64,000 bases of DNA from an uncultured bacterium (GTDB lineage: Bacteria > Bacillota_I > Bacilli_A > RFN20 > CAG-826), in contig CASDWE010000001.1 of the NCBI GenBank assembly GCA_949284685.1, positions 17,216 to 81,215 on the forward strand, in the 5' to 3' direction. The position numbers were made by a program, and so were the translations under genes. Positions 47,639 to 57,590 of this stretch are shown here, piece by piece. Position 1 is the stretch's first letter. The number at the start of each line of letters is the position of its first letter. The notes below the pieces were generated by a model. The model had not been told where the DNA came from and searched no databases. It saw nothing but the letters and a program-made list of their open reading frames with translations.

Positions 47639-48292
47639 TTATGTCAATTGACATAAATCTTCGTCAATAATTATGTTTTTATCAATACTTTGTTTACTAT
47701 TTCCTAAATTTATAACGCTTAAATGTAAAAAACTTAATTCTGTTTTTAATTTTTCAATCTCTTGTTCGTTTAAATAATCAAACAAATTAAGTGTAAAAAT
47801 TAGATTTATTTTCCCAAATTCTTTAACTATCTTAATATATGTTAAGAAGTTTTCTAAAAAATTATCTTCGTTTTCGTAATATTCTAAGTCTATTGATGAA
47901 AATAACGTTTTAAAATCCAATAAACTTTCGTATTGCAATTTTATATTAGAATTAATTGATAAATCTAGCATTAATTGCCCCACTAATTCGTTAATTTCAG
48001 CTAACTTTTGTCTATATTCATCATTTATATTTTCTTTTTCAATTTGTGAATATAAATTGCTAATTTGTTTTTTATTATTAATTTGAAGATTAAGAACATT
48101 TTCAATAAAAACGATGTGTTTTGAAAAATCTAGTAAATTTTTTTCATATAAAAACATAAAGTCTTCGTCTAAATGTCTTAATGACAAAATAAATTTATAT
48201 AAATACGAAGGATTTAATATTTGAATATTATAAATCTCCCCGTTTCCAATTATAAATTCATAGTCAACATTTTTAATTTTTAAAGTCATCAT
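47639..48292 (-). CDS. csn2: Csn2 (short form), the type II-A signature adaptation protein
   Basis: 217 aa located directly downstream of cas2. N-terminal MTLKIKNVDYEFIIGNGEIYNIQILNPSY resembles short Csn2. Confidence 0.8.
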   Translation of the reverse strand: MMTLKIKNVDYEFIIGNGEIYNIQILNPSYLYKFILSLRHLDEDFMFLYEKNLLDFSKHIVFIENVLNLQINNKKQISNLYSQIEKENINDEYRQKLAEINELVGQLMLDLSINSNIKLQYESLLDFKTLFSSIDLEYYENEDNFLENFLTYIKIVKEFGKINLIFTLNLFDYLNEQEIEKLKTELSFLHLSVINLGNSKQSIDKNIIIDEDLCQLT

Positions 48293-48615
48293 AATTCAAT
48301 ATTTCTCTCGTCACTATTAATTACTTCTGTATTTATTTCTCCTAATATAATATTGATATCTCCAAATTGTTTTTCAGTAATGGTTAAAACCGCAACAGAT
48401 CCTTCTTTTGGAGAGATTTTTTTAACTTTTTCAATTGTGGAATTTGCAATTCTTTGATCTAAACATAATTTTAGATAAACAGATTTTTGAAACATATAAA
48501 ACCCAAGACTTTTTATATCTTTTACAAATTTAGAATAATTACGTCTTTGCACTTTTTTCTCAACTGGCAAATCAAAAAATAATAATAATCTCATATATCT
48601 ATAATTCATAATCAA
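48289..48615 (-). CDS. cas2: Cas2
   Basis: 108 aa (MRLLLFFDLPVEKKVQRRNYSKFVKDIKSLGFYMFQKSVY). It overlaps cas1 by 17 nt and csn2 by 4 nt. Confidence 0.85.
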   Translation of the reverse strand: MIMNYRYMRLLLFFDLPVEKKVQRRNYSKFVKDIKSLGFYMFQKSVYLKLCLDQRIANSTIEKVKKISPKEGSVAVLTITEKQFGDINIILGEINTEVINSDERNIEL

Positions 48616-49462
48616 TAAATTCTACATTATCAGTATTACTTCTCAGCTGAAGTAATAGATTTTTAACATAAGAATGAATAGCGTTTTCTAAATACATTTC
48701 ATTTCCTAAATAAGTAACTTTTCTATTTAACATATTAATAAATTCTTTTTTAAAATTATCGTTGTTAACTCGATTAGAAATAACATAACTATCCACTAAA
48801 GGACGCAATGGTTCAATAAAATCGCAAGAAAGATTAACCGGATTTGTTTCGCCTATATGATGAATACCAATTTCTAAAAGATATCCAAATGATTTAATTT
48901 CCCTACTAATAGCACTTAAAATAATAGAATAGCCATAATCCAAATATTTATTTATATCGTCTTCAAGATTTCTAGAAAATCTTGTTCCAAATAGTGAATT
49001 AAAATAAACTTTAGCCGCATGACCTTCCCTATTTGTGACATCATCATTTAAAACGTCATTTGAATAATCTAATAATTTAACATATGAATCTTCGTTAATA
49101 TTTTTAAGGTTTCTAGCTTGATTAGTAATTTTTTTGATAATAATTTTTCTCCAAATTTTACCTTTAATCTCGCTATTCCAATTGATTTGGATTTGAATTT
49201 TTTTATATGTATCACCGGTGCCATATATAGGCAACAATTGACTTTGTGGAGTATATTTGTGATCACAAAATATTACCATAATATTTTTGTTCATCAACGC
49301 AGACAATAAAGATGCAGTTAAAGCAATTTCTGTAGAAGCGATAATCAAAACAGATATTTCATCAAGCAATATTTTTGTCTCGTTTTCGCCTCTGCAAACT
49401 AAATAATTTAAAGAGTGTTCTAATTTACAACGAGATTTAATAGTTACAACTCTAAATCCCAC
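48599..49462 (-). CDS. cas1: Cas1 (type II)
   Basis: 287-aa Cas1 located 5 nt downstream of cas9. Confidence 0.85.
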   Translation of the reverse strand: MGFRVVTIKSRCKLEHSLNYLVCRGENETKILLDEISVLIIASTEIALTASLLSALMNKNIMVIFCDHKYTPQSQLLPIYGTGDTYKKIQIQINWNSEIKGKIWRKIIIKKITNQARNLKNINEDSYVKLLDYSNDVLNDDVTNREGHAAKVYFNSLFGTRFSRNLEDDINKYLDYGYSIILSAISREIKSFGYLLEIGIHHIGETNPVNLSCDFIEPLRPLVDSYVISNRVNNDNFKKEFINMLNRKVTYLGNEMYLENAIHSYVKNLLLQLRSNTDNVEFIDYEL

Positions 49463-49467
49463 TAAAA

Positions 49468-52400
49468 TTATTCACCTTTCCAAAGAACTTTCTTATAAAA
49501 ACCCGTGACAGATTCTGTGATTATTTGGCATTTGTTATCGGTTGGGTATGATGATGATATTGTTAATACACCAGATTTTTCTTTTCCGTTTATAAGTTTT
49601 AAGTTAGATGATAGTCTATCACATGTAAATAAATGATTTGCTTCATGATTTAGGCATATTAATTCTAAAACACTTAATTTATTTAAAATATTATTAATTT
49701 CTTCTGATTCCAAAAAAATTCTAATATTTTGTAAATTTGAAAAATCAAAATATATTTTTGATGAGATGGCTTTTTTATAAATATTAAACAATTGCATTTC
49801 TTTATTTTTATCTAAATTTTCTTCTTTGTTTTTGTCTCCTCTAGCTTTTGAAACAATATAATTATTTTCATATTTTTCGATATCTTCTGCTTTAAATTTA
49901 TAATCTTTAGTAATTATTTTTTTATCAATTAACTGGCTATATGCTTTTTCATTCAATTTAATTAATTTAAGTTCATCATACGAATAATTATGCTGCATTA
50001 AATTTTTAACTAAAAATTGTGAGTTAGTTACGCCAGTAATGCAGAATTTAGAATTGTTAATCGTGATAACTGTATTCACTTTTAAATTTTTGATAAGCAC
50101 ATTTATATCTAATAATTTTGAATTTTCAGATAAATATTTTTTATATTTTTCATCTGGTAATTGTCCATACATTGTTGGCATAGGAACAATCATGATTTTC
50201 TTATTACCTTTTTTATCTAAACCGGAAATCAAAGAATAAAAACCATATTGTAAACTAGAATATCCACCATATTTTTTGATGTCTAATCCTTTTTTCAATG
50301 GTAAGGCACCTTCTTTAATTTCTAATTTAGGAGTTATAGAATCTTTTGAAAATATTGTGTTATTGATATAGGTTCTAGTTGTCACCATAATATCAAATCG
50401 TGTATATAAATTCTTCTTTATTTGCTCAACTGTTTTGTTATATCCATAGATAAGCTTGCCATTTAGCGAATAAAATGGTTTTTTATTATTGTTTTCATCT
50501 TCAAAAATCTTTTCTGGATTTGTGGTTTTCTTTTGCTGTTTTAGTCTTTCAATCCATCCGATTATATGACCTTTGTTGAACCATTCATATATAGTTCTTC
50601 CGATAATAATATTAAGATACGCGTCGTGAGCGTGATGATAATCGTTTGCATCTCTACATTTAACCAAGTCAAATTTTTGGCGATAAGAAGATACATGATT
50701 AGCTTTTGAAAATACTATTGTTGGTTTTTCTTTAAATTCTTCTAATAAATCTTTTAGTGCTTTAGCACTTTGATTTGTTGACACTAATTGACGATTGACA
50801 AAATCTTGTAGTTCTTCATCGCTTAATTCTTCTTTTCGCGTTAATCGATTAAATTTTTTCTCACTAATAAGTTTGTTCTCTTTTAAAAATTTAAAATAGT
50901 CATGTGGATTATAGTCTTTTCTTCTATTTGGATAATTATATGGATAATTTTCGCCTTTATTTCTATTTTCGGTTGATAATACCAATACTCTATTGTCTAG
51001 AGAATCATCTTTTACTTTTGATTGAGGATATATGTGATCAATATCATACATTGTTCCATTTAAAACGCCTTCAAAGTCAAGTTGTTCACCGGTATATAAG
51101 CATCTTCCTAATTGAGTAAAATATAAATAAATTCTATCGCTTCTGAATGCAGATTTATCATTTTCATATTTATTTAATTTTTCCTCTAGTTTTTCAAAAT
51201 TGATATCTTTATCAAATTTGTTTTGTTTTTTTGCTTCTTCAATAAATTTTTTAGCAGCAGCGTATCTAGAATCATCAGTTTTCTTTTTGCCATCAACGTT
51301 TCCTCTAGCGCATTCAATAAAGAAATTGTTGATTGGTTGTTTGACTATTTTTTCTAATTCTAAAATAATCTTAAAACTTTGGATTAAAGATCTTTTCATC
51401 ATTGGTGACACATAGCTCTCGTCAATAGCCTTTTTAATTGATTCCATATTATATTCACGAACACCAATAACATTATTTCTGTATTCTCTTAAACGATCTT
51501 GGTAGTGATATTTTTCTAAAAACAAGATTTCTTGTAATATAAGATTCTCGTTTTCCATAATTTTTATAATAGAAGTATCAATCACTTCCCCGTTTTCATC
51601 ACAAGGTTTAAATTCTAAAAGAAATTTTTGAGAAAGCCTTCCCCAATTTTTATAAGTTAATTTGCATATTTTCTTAATTTTATCTTCGTCTATAATCTTG
51701 CTATACTTTTTCTCTAAACGTTTTTTTAAAATCGCCTTGTCTTCAAAAATTGTAATATCAAAAATTATATCTTCAATTGTATCAATATGTTTTTTAACAA
51801 AATCTTCACCAAAAATATTAATAAAATCGACCATTGAAGAAAATGATGCCACTAATTCAGCTTTTTCTTTATCATTTGACGTAGTTATTTCAACACAATT
51901 TTCACCATTTTTCTTTTTAAACCAGTCTTTTAAATCGTTTATCGTCACTTTTGAGTGATGGTAATAAACTTCTTCAATTAAAGATAATTTGTCTTCTTTT
52001 GAAATGTGATTTCCGTTAACATTTAATTTATTTAGTTCTGTTAAGACTTCATATCTGCTATATAAAATAGATTTCTTGGGCAAGCAATAACAATCTGGCA
52101 AATATGTGCACTTATTTTGCATTCTATTAATAAATATTTTTGCACTTTCATCTATGTCTACTACCTTATTAAAGTTCCATGGCGTAACTTTCTCGTTTGT
52201 TATTTTTTTAACCCAGGAAAATTTTTTCTTATTTTCATCACTGCCAGCATACAAAGGTCCGACATAATAAGGAACTCTAAACGTTAAAAGTGAAACTATT
52301 TTATCTAATACTGAGCCATCTTCATCCTTATCGTTTAAGAATGAATAATATTTCTTTTGGTTATTTAAAATTTTCTCTAACATTGCTTTATTTAACTGCA

Positions 52401-53718
52401 CGGGAAAATTATTTTCAGCAGAATTTTGACGTTCTAAATAACTTTTGTCTTCAATATTAGAAAAAATCTCTCTTAAAGTCTCGTCTTGAATATCTTCGGC
52501 TTTTTTAATATTTTTAAGTCCTAAAGTTTCTTTTAAAAATTTATAAAAATCATCCCTTGAACAATGACTTGTGGATATTTTTTTGCCATTGCATAGACAT
52601 GTTCCGATATATTTAGTGTAATTGTTGATATCAACTTTCTTTCCGCTATTATCTTTTGTATATGGCAAGCCAAATATTTTTTTCTTTAATTCAGGATGCA
52701 ATATACAATAATCTTTTAATTGACGTAATTGTTTTTTATGTTTTTCAAATTTTTCAATGTAAACCTCATATAGATATTGTTTTCCTTTTAAATTTTTATT
52801 TAAACGAATTAAGTCATATACCCCTTTTGCCAAAATTATTGCATTGAATATATCGATAAAATTTGGATATTCATTTTTTAATGATAATATGTCTTCATCA
52901 AAAGTTTGGCTTGTTATATCTAATTTAACTTTTTCTTCTGCTTTTATTTCTCCTTTAACAAGACTTTCTATTGATGAGCCTGACATTGTTTTAATTATTA
53001 TTTTAACTAACCCGGATGGTTTTTCATCGTCTAATAAAATTTGTATTAATTTCTCTTCGGTATCTTTTTTGCCTTTCACATCATTTAATTTTTCAAAAAA
53101 ATTGTCTAATACTCTAGATTCGTCATTTAATTTTTGAACATCATCTTTATCTTTGCTGTAATTGTCTAGAATATCATTAAGGCTATAAATTAAGTTTTTT
53201 AGATTTGAGCTATCAGATAATTCAAAATCTCCTTCGTATAAAAAGTGTCCGCGGTATTTAATCAAAAAAGAACAAGCTAAATATAATTTTCTTATGTCTG
53301 TTTTTTTATCTTCTTCAATTAATTCTTTGATTAAATGATATATGGTTTTATATTCATGAAAATAATCTTTGTCAGAATAATTAATATCATTAAAGAGAGT
53401 GTATGAATTTTTTAATTGTTTATCATCTATTGTCAATCTAGAATCATCAAGTCTTTGAAAGAAATTTTTATCAACCTTACATATTTCATTTGCAAACAAT
53501 TCTTGAAGTAAAGATAATCTAAATTTTCTTCTTTGTAATCTTCTTCTGTTCGTTCTATGAAGGCGCCTTTCCTCTGCGGTGCTTGCTTCTTCAAAAAGTC
53601 TAACACCCCACAAAGACTTGCCTTGTTTTTTTACAATATTATAATCTTCGTCAGTTAATGCCCAACCAACAGAATTTGTCCCAATATCTAAACCTAATAA
53701 ATAATTTTTCTTTTCCAT
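49468..53718 (-). CDS. cas9: Cas9 (type II-A), 1416 aa, catalytically intact
   Basis: RuvC-I LGLDIGTNSVGWAL, arginine-rich bridge helix RRLHRTNRRRLQRRKFR, HNH DIDHIYPQSKVKDDSLDNRVLV and RuvC-III HHAHDAYL. Confidence 0.95.
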   Translation of the reverse strand: MEKKNYLLGLDIGTNSVGWALTDEDYNIVKKQGKSLWGVRLFEEASTAEERRLHRTNRRRLQRRKFRLSLLQELFANEICKVDKNFFQRLDDSRLTIDDKQLKNSYTLFNDINYSDKDYFHEYKTIYHLIKELIEEDKKTDIRKLYLACSFLIKYRGHFLYEGDFELSDSSNLKNLIYSLNDILDNYSKDKDDVQKLNDESRVLDNFFEKLNDVKGKKDTEEKLIQILLDDEKPSGLVKIIIKTMSGSSIESLVKGEIKAEEKVKLDITSQTFDEDILSLKNEYPNFIDIFNAIILAKGVYDLIRLNKNLKGKQYLYEVYIEKFEKHKKQLRQLKDYCILHPELKKKIFGLPYTKDNSGKKVDINNYTKYIGTCLCNGKKISTSHCSRDDFYKFLKETLGLKNIKKAEDIQDETLREIFSNIEDKSYLERQNSAENNFPVQLNKAMLEKILNNQKKYYSFLNDKDEDGSVLDKIVSLLTFRVPYYVGPLYAGSDENKKKFSWVKKITNEKVTPWNFNKVVDIDESAKIFINRMQNKCTYLPDCYCLPKKSILYSRYEVLTELNKLNVNGNHISKEDKLSLIEEVYYHHSKVTINDLKDWFKKKNGENCVEITTSNDKEKAELVASFSSMVDFINIFGEDFVKKHIDTIEDIIFDITIFEDKAILKKRLEKKYSKIIDEDKIKKICKLTYKNWGRLSQKFLLEFKPCDENGEVIDTSIIKIMENENLILQEILFLEKYHYQDRLREYRNNVIGVREYNMESIKKAIDESYVSPMMKRSLIQSFKIILELEKIVKQPINNFFIECARGNVDGKKKTDDSRYAAAKKFIEEAKKQNKFDKDINFEKLEEKLNKYENDKSAFRSDRIYLYFTQLGRCLYTGEQLDFEGVLNGTMYDIDHIYPQSKVKDDSLDNRVLVLSTENRNKGENYPYNYPNRRKDYNPHDYFKFLKENKLISEKKFNRLTRKEELSDEELQDFVNRQLVSTNQSAKALKDLLEEFKEKPTIVFSKANHVSSYRQKFDLVKCRDANDYHHAHDAYLNIIIGRTIYEWFNKGHIIGWIERLKQQKKTTNPEKIFEDENNNKKPFYSLNGKLIYGYNKTVEQIKKNLYTRFDIMVTTRTYINNTIFSKDSITPKLEIKEGALPLKKGLDIKKYGGYSSLQYGFYSLISGLDKKGNKKIMIVPMPTMYGQLPDEKYKKYLSENSKLLDINVLIKNLKVNTVITINNSKFCITGVTNSQFLVKNLMQHNYSYDELKLIKLNEKAYSQLIDKKIITKDYKFKAEDIEKYENNYIVSKARGDKNKEENLDKNKEMQLFNIYKKAISSKIYFDFSNLQNIRIFLESEEINNILNKLSVLELICLNHEANHLFTCDRLSSNLKLINGKEKSGVLTISSSYPTDNKCQIITESVTGFYKKVLWKGE

Positions 53719-53738
53719 GTTGCATTTTTCTCCTAGAT

Positions 53739-53843
53739 GTATTAAATTAATTACATAAGAATTACATTACAAGTTCAAATAAAATTCATTCGAATCATAA
53801 ACTTGATTGCAAGTTAATTAACATCCGACGGGATGTTTTTTTT
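53739..53843 (+). ncRNA. tracrRNA. It is divergent from cas9, with an anti-repeat, two internal hairpins and an intrinsic terminator.
   Basis: 53755-53770 ATAAGAATTACATTAC equals repeat positions 13-28. CAAAT at 53776-53780 pairs with the crRNA 5' GUUUG (lower stem). GTATTA at 53739-53744 equals repeat positions 1-6. Hairpins are AACTTG-attg-CAAGTT and CATCC-gacg-GGATG, and the latter is followed by T8 at 53836-53843. Confidence 0.7.
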
Positions 53844-53938
53844 CTATAATTCTTATTATTTAAATTATACTATACAAAATACACTACAAAAATAACATTA
53901 TTATCGTTTTTCCTAATGTCCGTTTTTTAGTGCATCGT

Positions 53939-54562
53939 CTAATAAACCGCATTAACACTGCTTATTGCACATATCATTGAAAAGAAAAATAATATTAGGC
54001 AAATAAAGAAAAGACAATAATAGATAATATTGCATGTAAGTTGTGCTTTATTCTTATTTTTATCTTTAAAATATAAAATATTAAATAATCCTAATCCAAT
54101 ACAAATAATACTTATTATCAAAAATATAATCGGCAGCGGGTTTCCACTACTTAGGCATGCCATCATGATACTAGCGACATAATAAAATTTATCAGGAGTT
54201 TGTTGTCCAGGAGGAATTGGATAAACATATTCAAAAGCCACTATTAAAGGAATAAACGTTAATATAACAGCACAAATTAATATGCTTATAGAAATAACAT
54301 GTAAAATAAAATGAATATTTTGTTTTTTTGAATTATGTTTTAATACCACGTCAAGAGTGTCTTCATTTGAAAACAATTCATCGATTGAAACATTTAAACA
54401 ATTAGCCAATTTTTCTAAATTTTCTTTTGTTGGGATAGCAACACCATTTTCATATTTATTAATTAATGTTCGCGATACAAAAATCATGTCAGCGAGCTTT
54501 TGTTGAGATAAATTGTTTTTAAGACGTAGTTGTTTTAATTTGTTTGGAAAATTCATAATCAT
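53939..54562 (-). CDS. Membrane-tethered XRE-family (HTH_3) transcriptional regulator
   Basis: 207 aa with an N-terminal Cro/C1-type HTH (LKQLRLKNNLSQQKLADMIFVSRTLINKYENG) and 4-5 C-terminal TM helices. Confidence 0.65.
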   Translation of the reverse strand: MIMNFPNKLKQLRLKNNLSQQKLADMIFVSRTLINKYENGVAIPTKENLEKLANCLNVSIDELFSNEDTLDVVLKHNSKKQNIHFILHVISISILICAVILTFIPLIVAFEYVYPIPPGQQTPDKFYYVASIMMACLSSGNPLPIIFLIISIICIGLGLFNILYFKDKNKNKAQLTCNIIYYCLFFICLILFFFSMICAISSVNAVY

Positions 54563-54633
54563 TCACCTAATTGCCATGATATATCAATTTTTATCAATTT
54601 GATATGTGAATTGTAATTCACACCTGTGAATTT

Positions 54634-56856
54634 TTATATCATGACATATGTCAAATCATTATAATCAAACGTATATTTTCCATCATCGTTTAAAGTAAAT
54701 GTTATGTAATGAATAATCTTATCATAATCTGGTGTTTGTTCTAAATAATAAAAGCTATAAGTGTGACTTGTGTCGTCTAGTGAGTATGGGAACAAACGAT
54801 GATAAGTAATGCTTGATGCTGTTTCAGTTACTTTTTTATAAAATCCAATATAGCCATCAAGTCTAACATATGCTGGAAGATTATTTGAAGAAATATATTC
54901 ACCAACAAAATCAAATCCAGCAAAGAATCGATTATTTTCTTGATACATTTTTTCATCATAAATCATGTATGCACCATTGCATTTAATGTATTTAGTGCCA
55001 GCATTTTCAAATTGAACTTTGATGATGTAATAATTATTATCTATATCATAATCGACAAAACTAGCAAAACCAACATCGACACGTTCATAATTTAAATAAT
55101 GTTCTAAATAACGCGTTTCTTGATAATCAATCGTTGGTCGATCAGCTTCCCAACTACCAGTAAGATTTAAATAATCGTCGATAGTGCCAAAATTGCCATA
55201 TAGATCACTTAAATAGAAATGATAAATATTTGCCTTTATTGTCATATCGCTAACAACAGGTGATGTATTATCATAACCAATAAAATCAAATCTTAGCACT
55301 TCATTTCTTAAAATAAAGTATGGCTTTAATGTTTCTCCTTTATTAACAACATAATAAAAGCGTGAATTATCATCTTCGATTTTAATAAAAGCCTCTTTAT
55401 CATTCATTTTTTGATATTTAATTTCATATGGGACAGTTTCACCAAAACTAGAAACAACAACTAAAGCTTCTTCATCAATTAAATATTTATATTTTTCAAA
55501 GCTAGTTATGCCAATTAGATTGATGTTTCCATCATTATCATAATAAGCATCATATAAACTTCCACTTGTTAAAGTAGAAAGATATATTTTATTGTCAGAA
55601 ATTCTAACTTTTACTTCTTTATTTTCATCATAATATACACCATCAACAATATCAGATACATCGATTGGTGTTTTAATTCCAACATACAGTGTTGTATCTT
55701 TATTAAATTTCGTATCTTCAGTTAAAGGATACATCTTATTAATATCTAGATATACTTCAACATATAAAGCGTATAAATAATGATATGTATTTGAATTAAG
55801 ATAACCATCCACTGCGATATAAGTTTCATCATTTTTACCATTTATTGTGATGTAATAATCATTATTATCAATTAAATATAAATCAAAAGAAGGATCGCCT
55901 AATATCATTCCTTCGACATGGAATGATTTAAAAAACGGATCATAAATCATCTTTTGTGTGTGACGATTATCACTTATGACAATATCTCCATCAATAATGT
56001 TCGCACTTAATTGACCATTAAGCAATAATTCTGAATAAATGTTCGTAGCGATATTGTTTTCATCAACGCTGAAAGCGTAAGTGCGAGGAGGATATGTTTG
56101 GTTGGCAAAAATATTATCGACATAATATTCACCTTTTAAAGAAAGTTGTTCCAATTCCACTACTTCAACTTGAAAAGATAAATTAAAATCTAGATTAGAA
56201 TTTAATTCAACATAAACTGGATAAGTTCCAAGTTTAGATGTATCAACATTAGAATAATCTACTGAATATTCACAACTTTTAGCGGCCTTATTTTTACCAT
56301 CTGATAAAACTTTTTCTAAGATAATATCTTTATGATTTGTTAAATCTTCATCTAAATAATATGTTTTACGATAATTCACTAAAACTATGTCTTCAATTGT
56401 TAAATTAACAACATCCACAGTAAAACTAGTTCTGACATCGGGGTTATCTTTTAAATAAATATTTATTGGATATTGCCCTGGAATATTGTTATTAAAAGAT
56501 GATGAATCAATAACATATTCACTACTTTCCGCTTGAGTTTTTTCACCATTGGAAAGATTTTTTTCAATAATAATTCCATCGCTAATAAAAGTCGTATTTT
56601 TTTCATATTCAAGCAATAAGTCTTCTTTATTTGCAATATTAATAGAGACTACTTTGACTTGTGTTAGAAAATAAACACTGATTGGAACTATCACTGCTAT
56701 CATAGACACCGCTACTAGACTAGTAATAAATACATTTTTAAAAGAGAAAATTGATTTTTTTTCTTTTTTAAAATTTATTTTATTTTTAACATCATCAAAT
56801 GAAGATATATTTTCTTTTTGAAAATCTTTTAGAAATTCTTTTTCTATTTTTTTCAT
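54634..56856 (-). CDS. Putative anti-sigma factor / large single-pass membrane protein with an extracellular Ig-like repeat domain
   Basis: 740 aa with a short cytoplasmic N-terminus, one TM (ITSLVAVSMIAVIVPISVYFL) and tandem ~60-aa Ig-like repeats (…GQYPINIYLKDNPDVRTSFTVDVV / …GTYPVYVELNSNLDFNLSFQVEVV). It overlaps the sigma gene by 4 nt. Confidence 0.45.
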   Translation of the reverse strand: MKKIEKEFLKDFQKENISSFDDVKNKINFKKEKKSIFSFKNVFITSLVAVSMIAVIVPISVYFLTQVKVVSINIANKEDLLLEYEKNTTFISDGIIIEKNLSNGEKTQAESSEYVIDSSSFNNNIPGQYPINIYLKDNPDVRTSFTVDVVNLTIEDIVLVNYRKTYYLDEDLTNHKDIILEKVLSDGKNKAAKSCEYSVDYSNVDTSKLGTYPVYVELNSNLDFNLSFQVEVVELEQLSLKGEYYVDNIFANQTYPPRTYAFSVDENNIATNIYSELLLNGQLSANIIDGDIVISDNRHTQKMIYDPFFKSFHVEGMILGDPSFDLYLIDNNDYYITINGKNDETYIAVDGYLNSNTYHYLYALYVEVYLDINKMYPLTEDTKFNKDTTLYVGIKTPIDVSDIVDGVYYDENKEVKVRISDNKIYLSTLTSGSLYDAYYDNDGNINLIGITSFEKYKYLIDEEALVVVSSFGETVPYEIKYQKMNDKEAFIKIEDDNSRFYYVVNKGETLKPYFILRNEVLRFDFIGYDNTSPVVSDMTIKANIYHFYLSDLYGNFGTIDDYLNLTGSWEADRPTIDYQETRYLEHYLNYERVDVGFASFVDYDIDNNYYIIKVQFENAGTKYIKCNGAYMIYDEKMYQENNRFFAGFDFVGEYISSNNLPAYVRLDGYIGFYKKVTETASSITYHRLFPYSLDDTSHTYSFYYLEQTPDYDKIIHYITFTLNDDGKYTFDYNDLTYVMI

Positions 56857-57371
56857 TTTTTCATCTCCTTTTGATATTTTTTTAATGCTCGGTAATATTT
56901 AGTTTTAATAGTCTTAGAATTTGATTTAAATATTTCTGCAATCTTTTTAAAATCATAGCCATAAATCAAATACAATATGATAATTTTAGTATCATCTTCG
57001 CCTAAAATATTTTGCATAGACTTTAATAATTCTTGATAAGCAATACTACCTTTTATTTTGCTATCTTCATCTCCTAAATTGATGAGTTCATCATAATCAA
57101 TCATTTTGCTTTCTTTTTTTATAATGTTAAGAGCAATGTTTTTAACGGTTTTGCAAAGGTAAGATTTGATGTTATCAACGTTTGATAAATTATTAAAAAG
57201 ATTAATAAAAGTTTGTTGAATAACATCATTAATATCTTCTTTGTTAGTTAAATAACTAGACGCTATAAAATAGCAAAGAGGATTATATTGCTCATAGATA
57301 TATTTAAAGGCCTTTTCTTTATCTATGACCATCAATGATTTAAAAAGAAGCAAATCGAAGTCTTTTTTCAT
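56853..57371 (-). CDS. ECF-type sigma-70 factor
   Basis: Region 2 (DVIQQTFINLFNN) and region 4 HTH (GYDFKKIAEIFKSNSKTIKTKYYRALKK). The preferred start is ATG 57371 (MKKDFDLL) with AAAGAGG 8 nt upstream. The track start 57401 is a TTG. Confidence 0.7.
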   Translation of the reverse strand: MKKDFDLLLFKSLMVIDKEKAFKYIYEQYNPLCYFIASSYLTNKEDINDVIQQTFINLFNNLSNVDNIKSYLCKTVKNIALNIIKKESKMIDYDELINLGDEDSKIKGSIAYQELLKSMQNILGEDDTKIIILYLIYGYDFKKIAEIFKSNSKTIKTKYYRALKKYQKEMKK

Positions 57372-57590
57372 AGTTTTTGCCTCTTTCATTATATATGACA
57401 AATTAATATAAGAATTAGTTTCATTATTTTAAAAAAAATATCAATAAATGTATTTGATATAATTTATGATATATTTCAATATTTCTTTATTATCCAATTT
57501 TTATTTTATGTGTTAAGATTTGCTCATCAGCAAATGTCAACATCAATATTGGCAAAATATTAAATGCGTTTTATTATCATCAATAACCAT

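Noticed and set aside
53720-53750. Sigma-A promoter (TTGCAT-17-TAAATT) that would start tracrRNA at ~53755
   Set aside because: The anti-repeat appears to extend upstream to 53739 (GTATTA matches the repeat end), so a TSS at 53755 would cut it. The 5' end is left undetermined.
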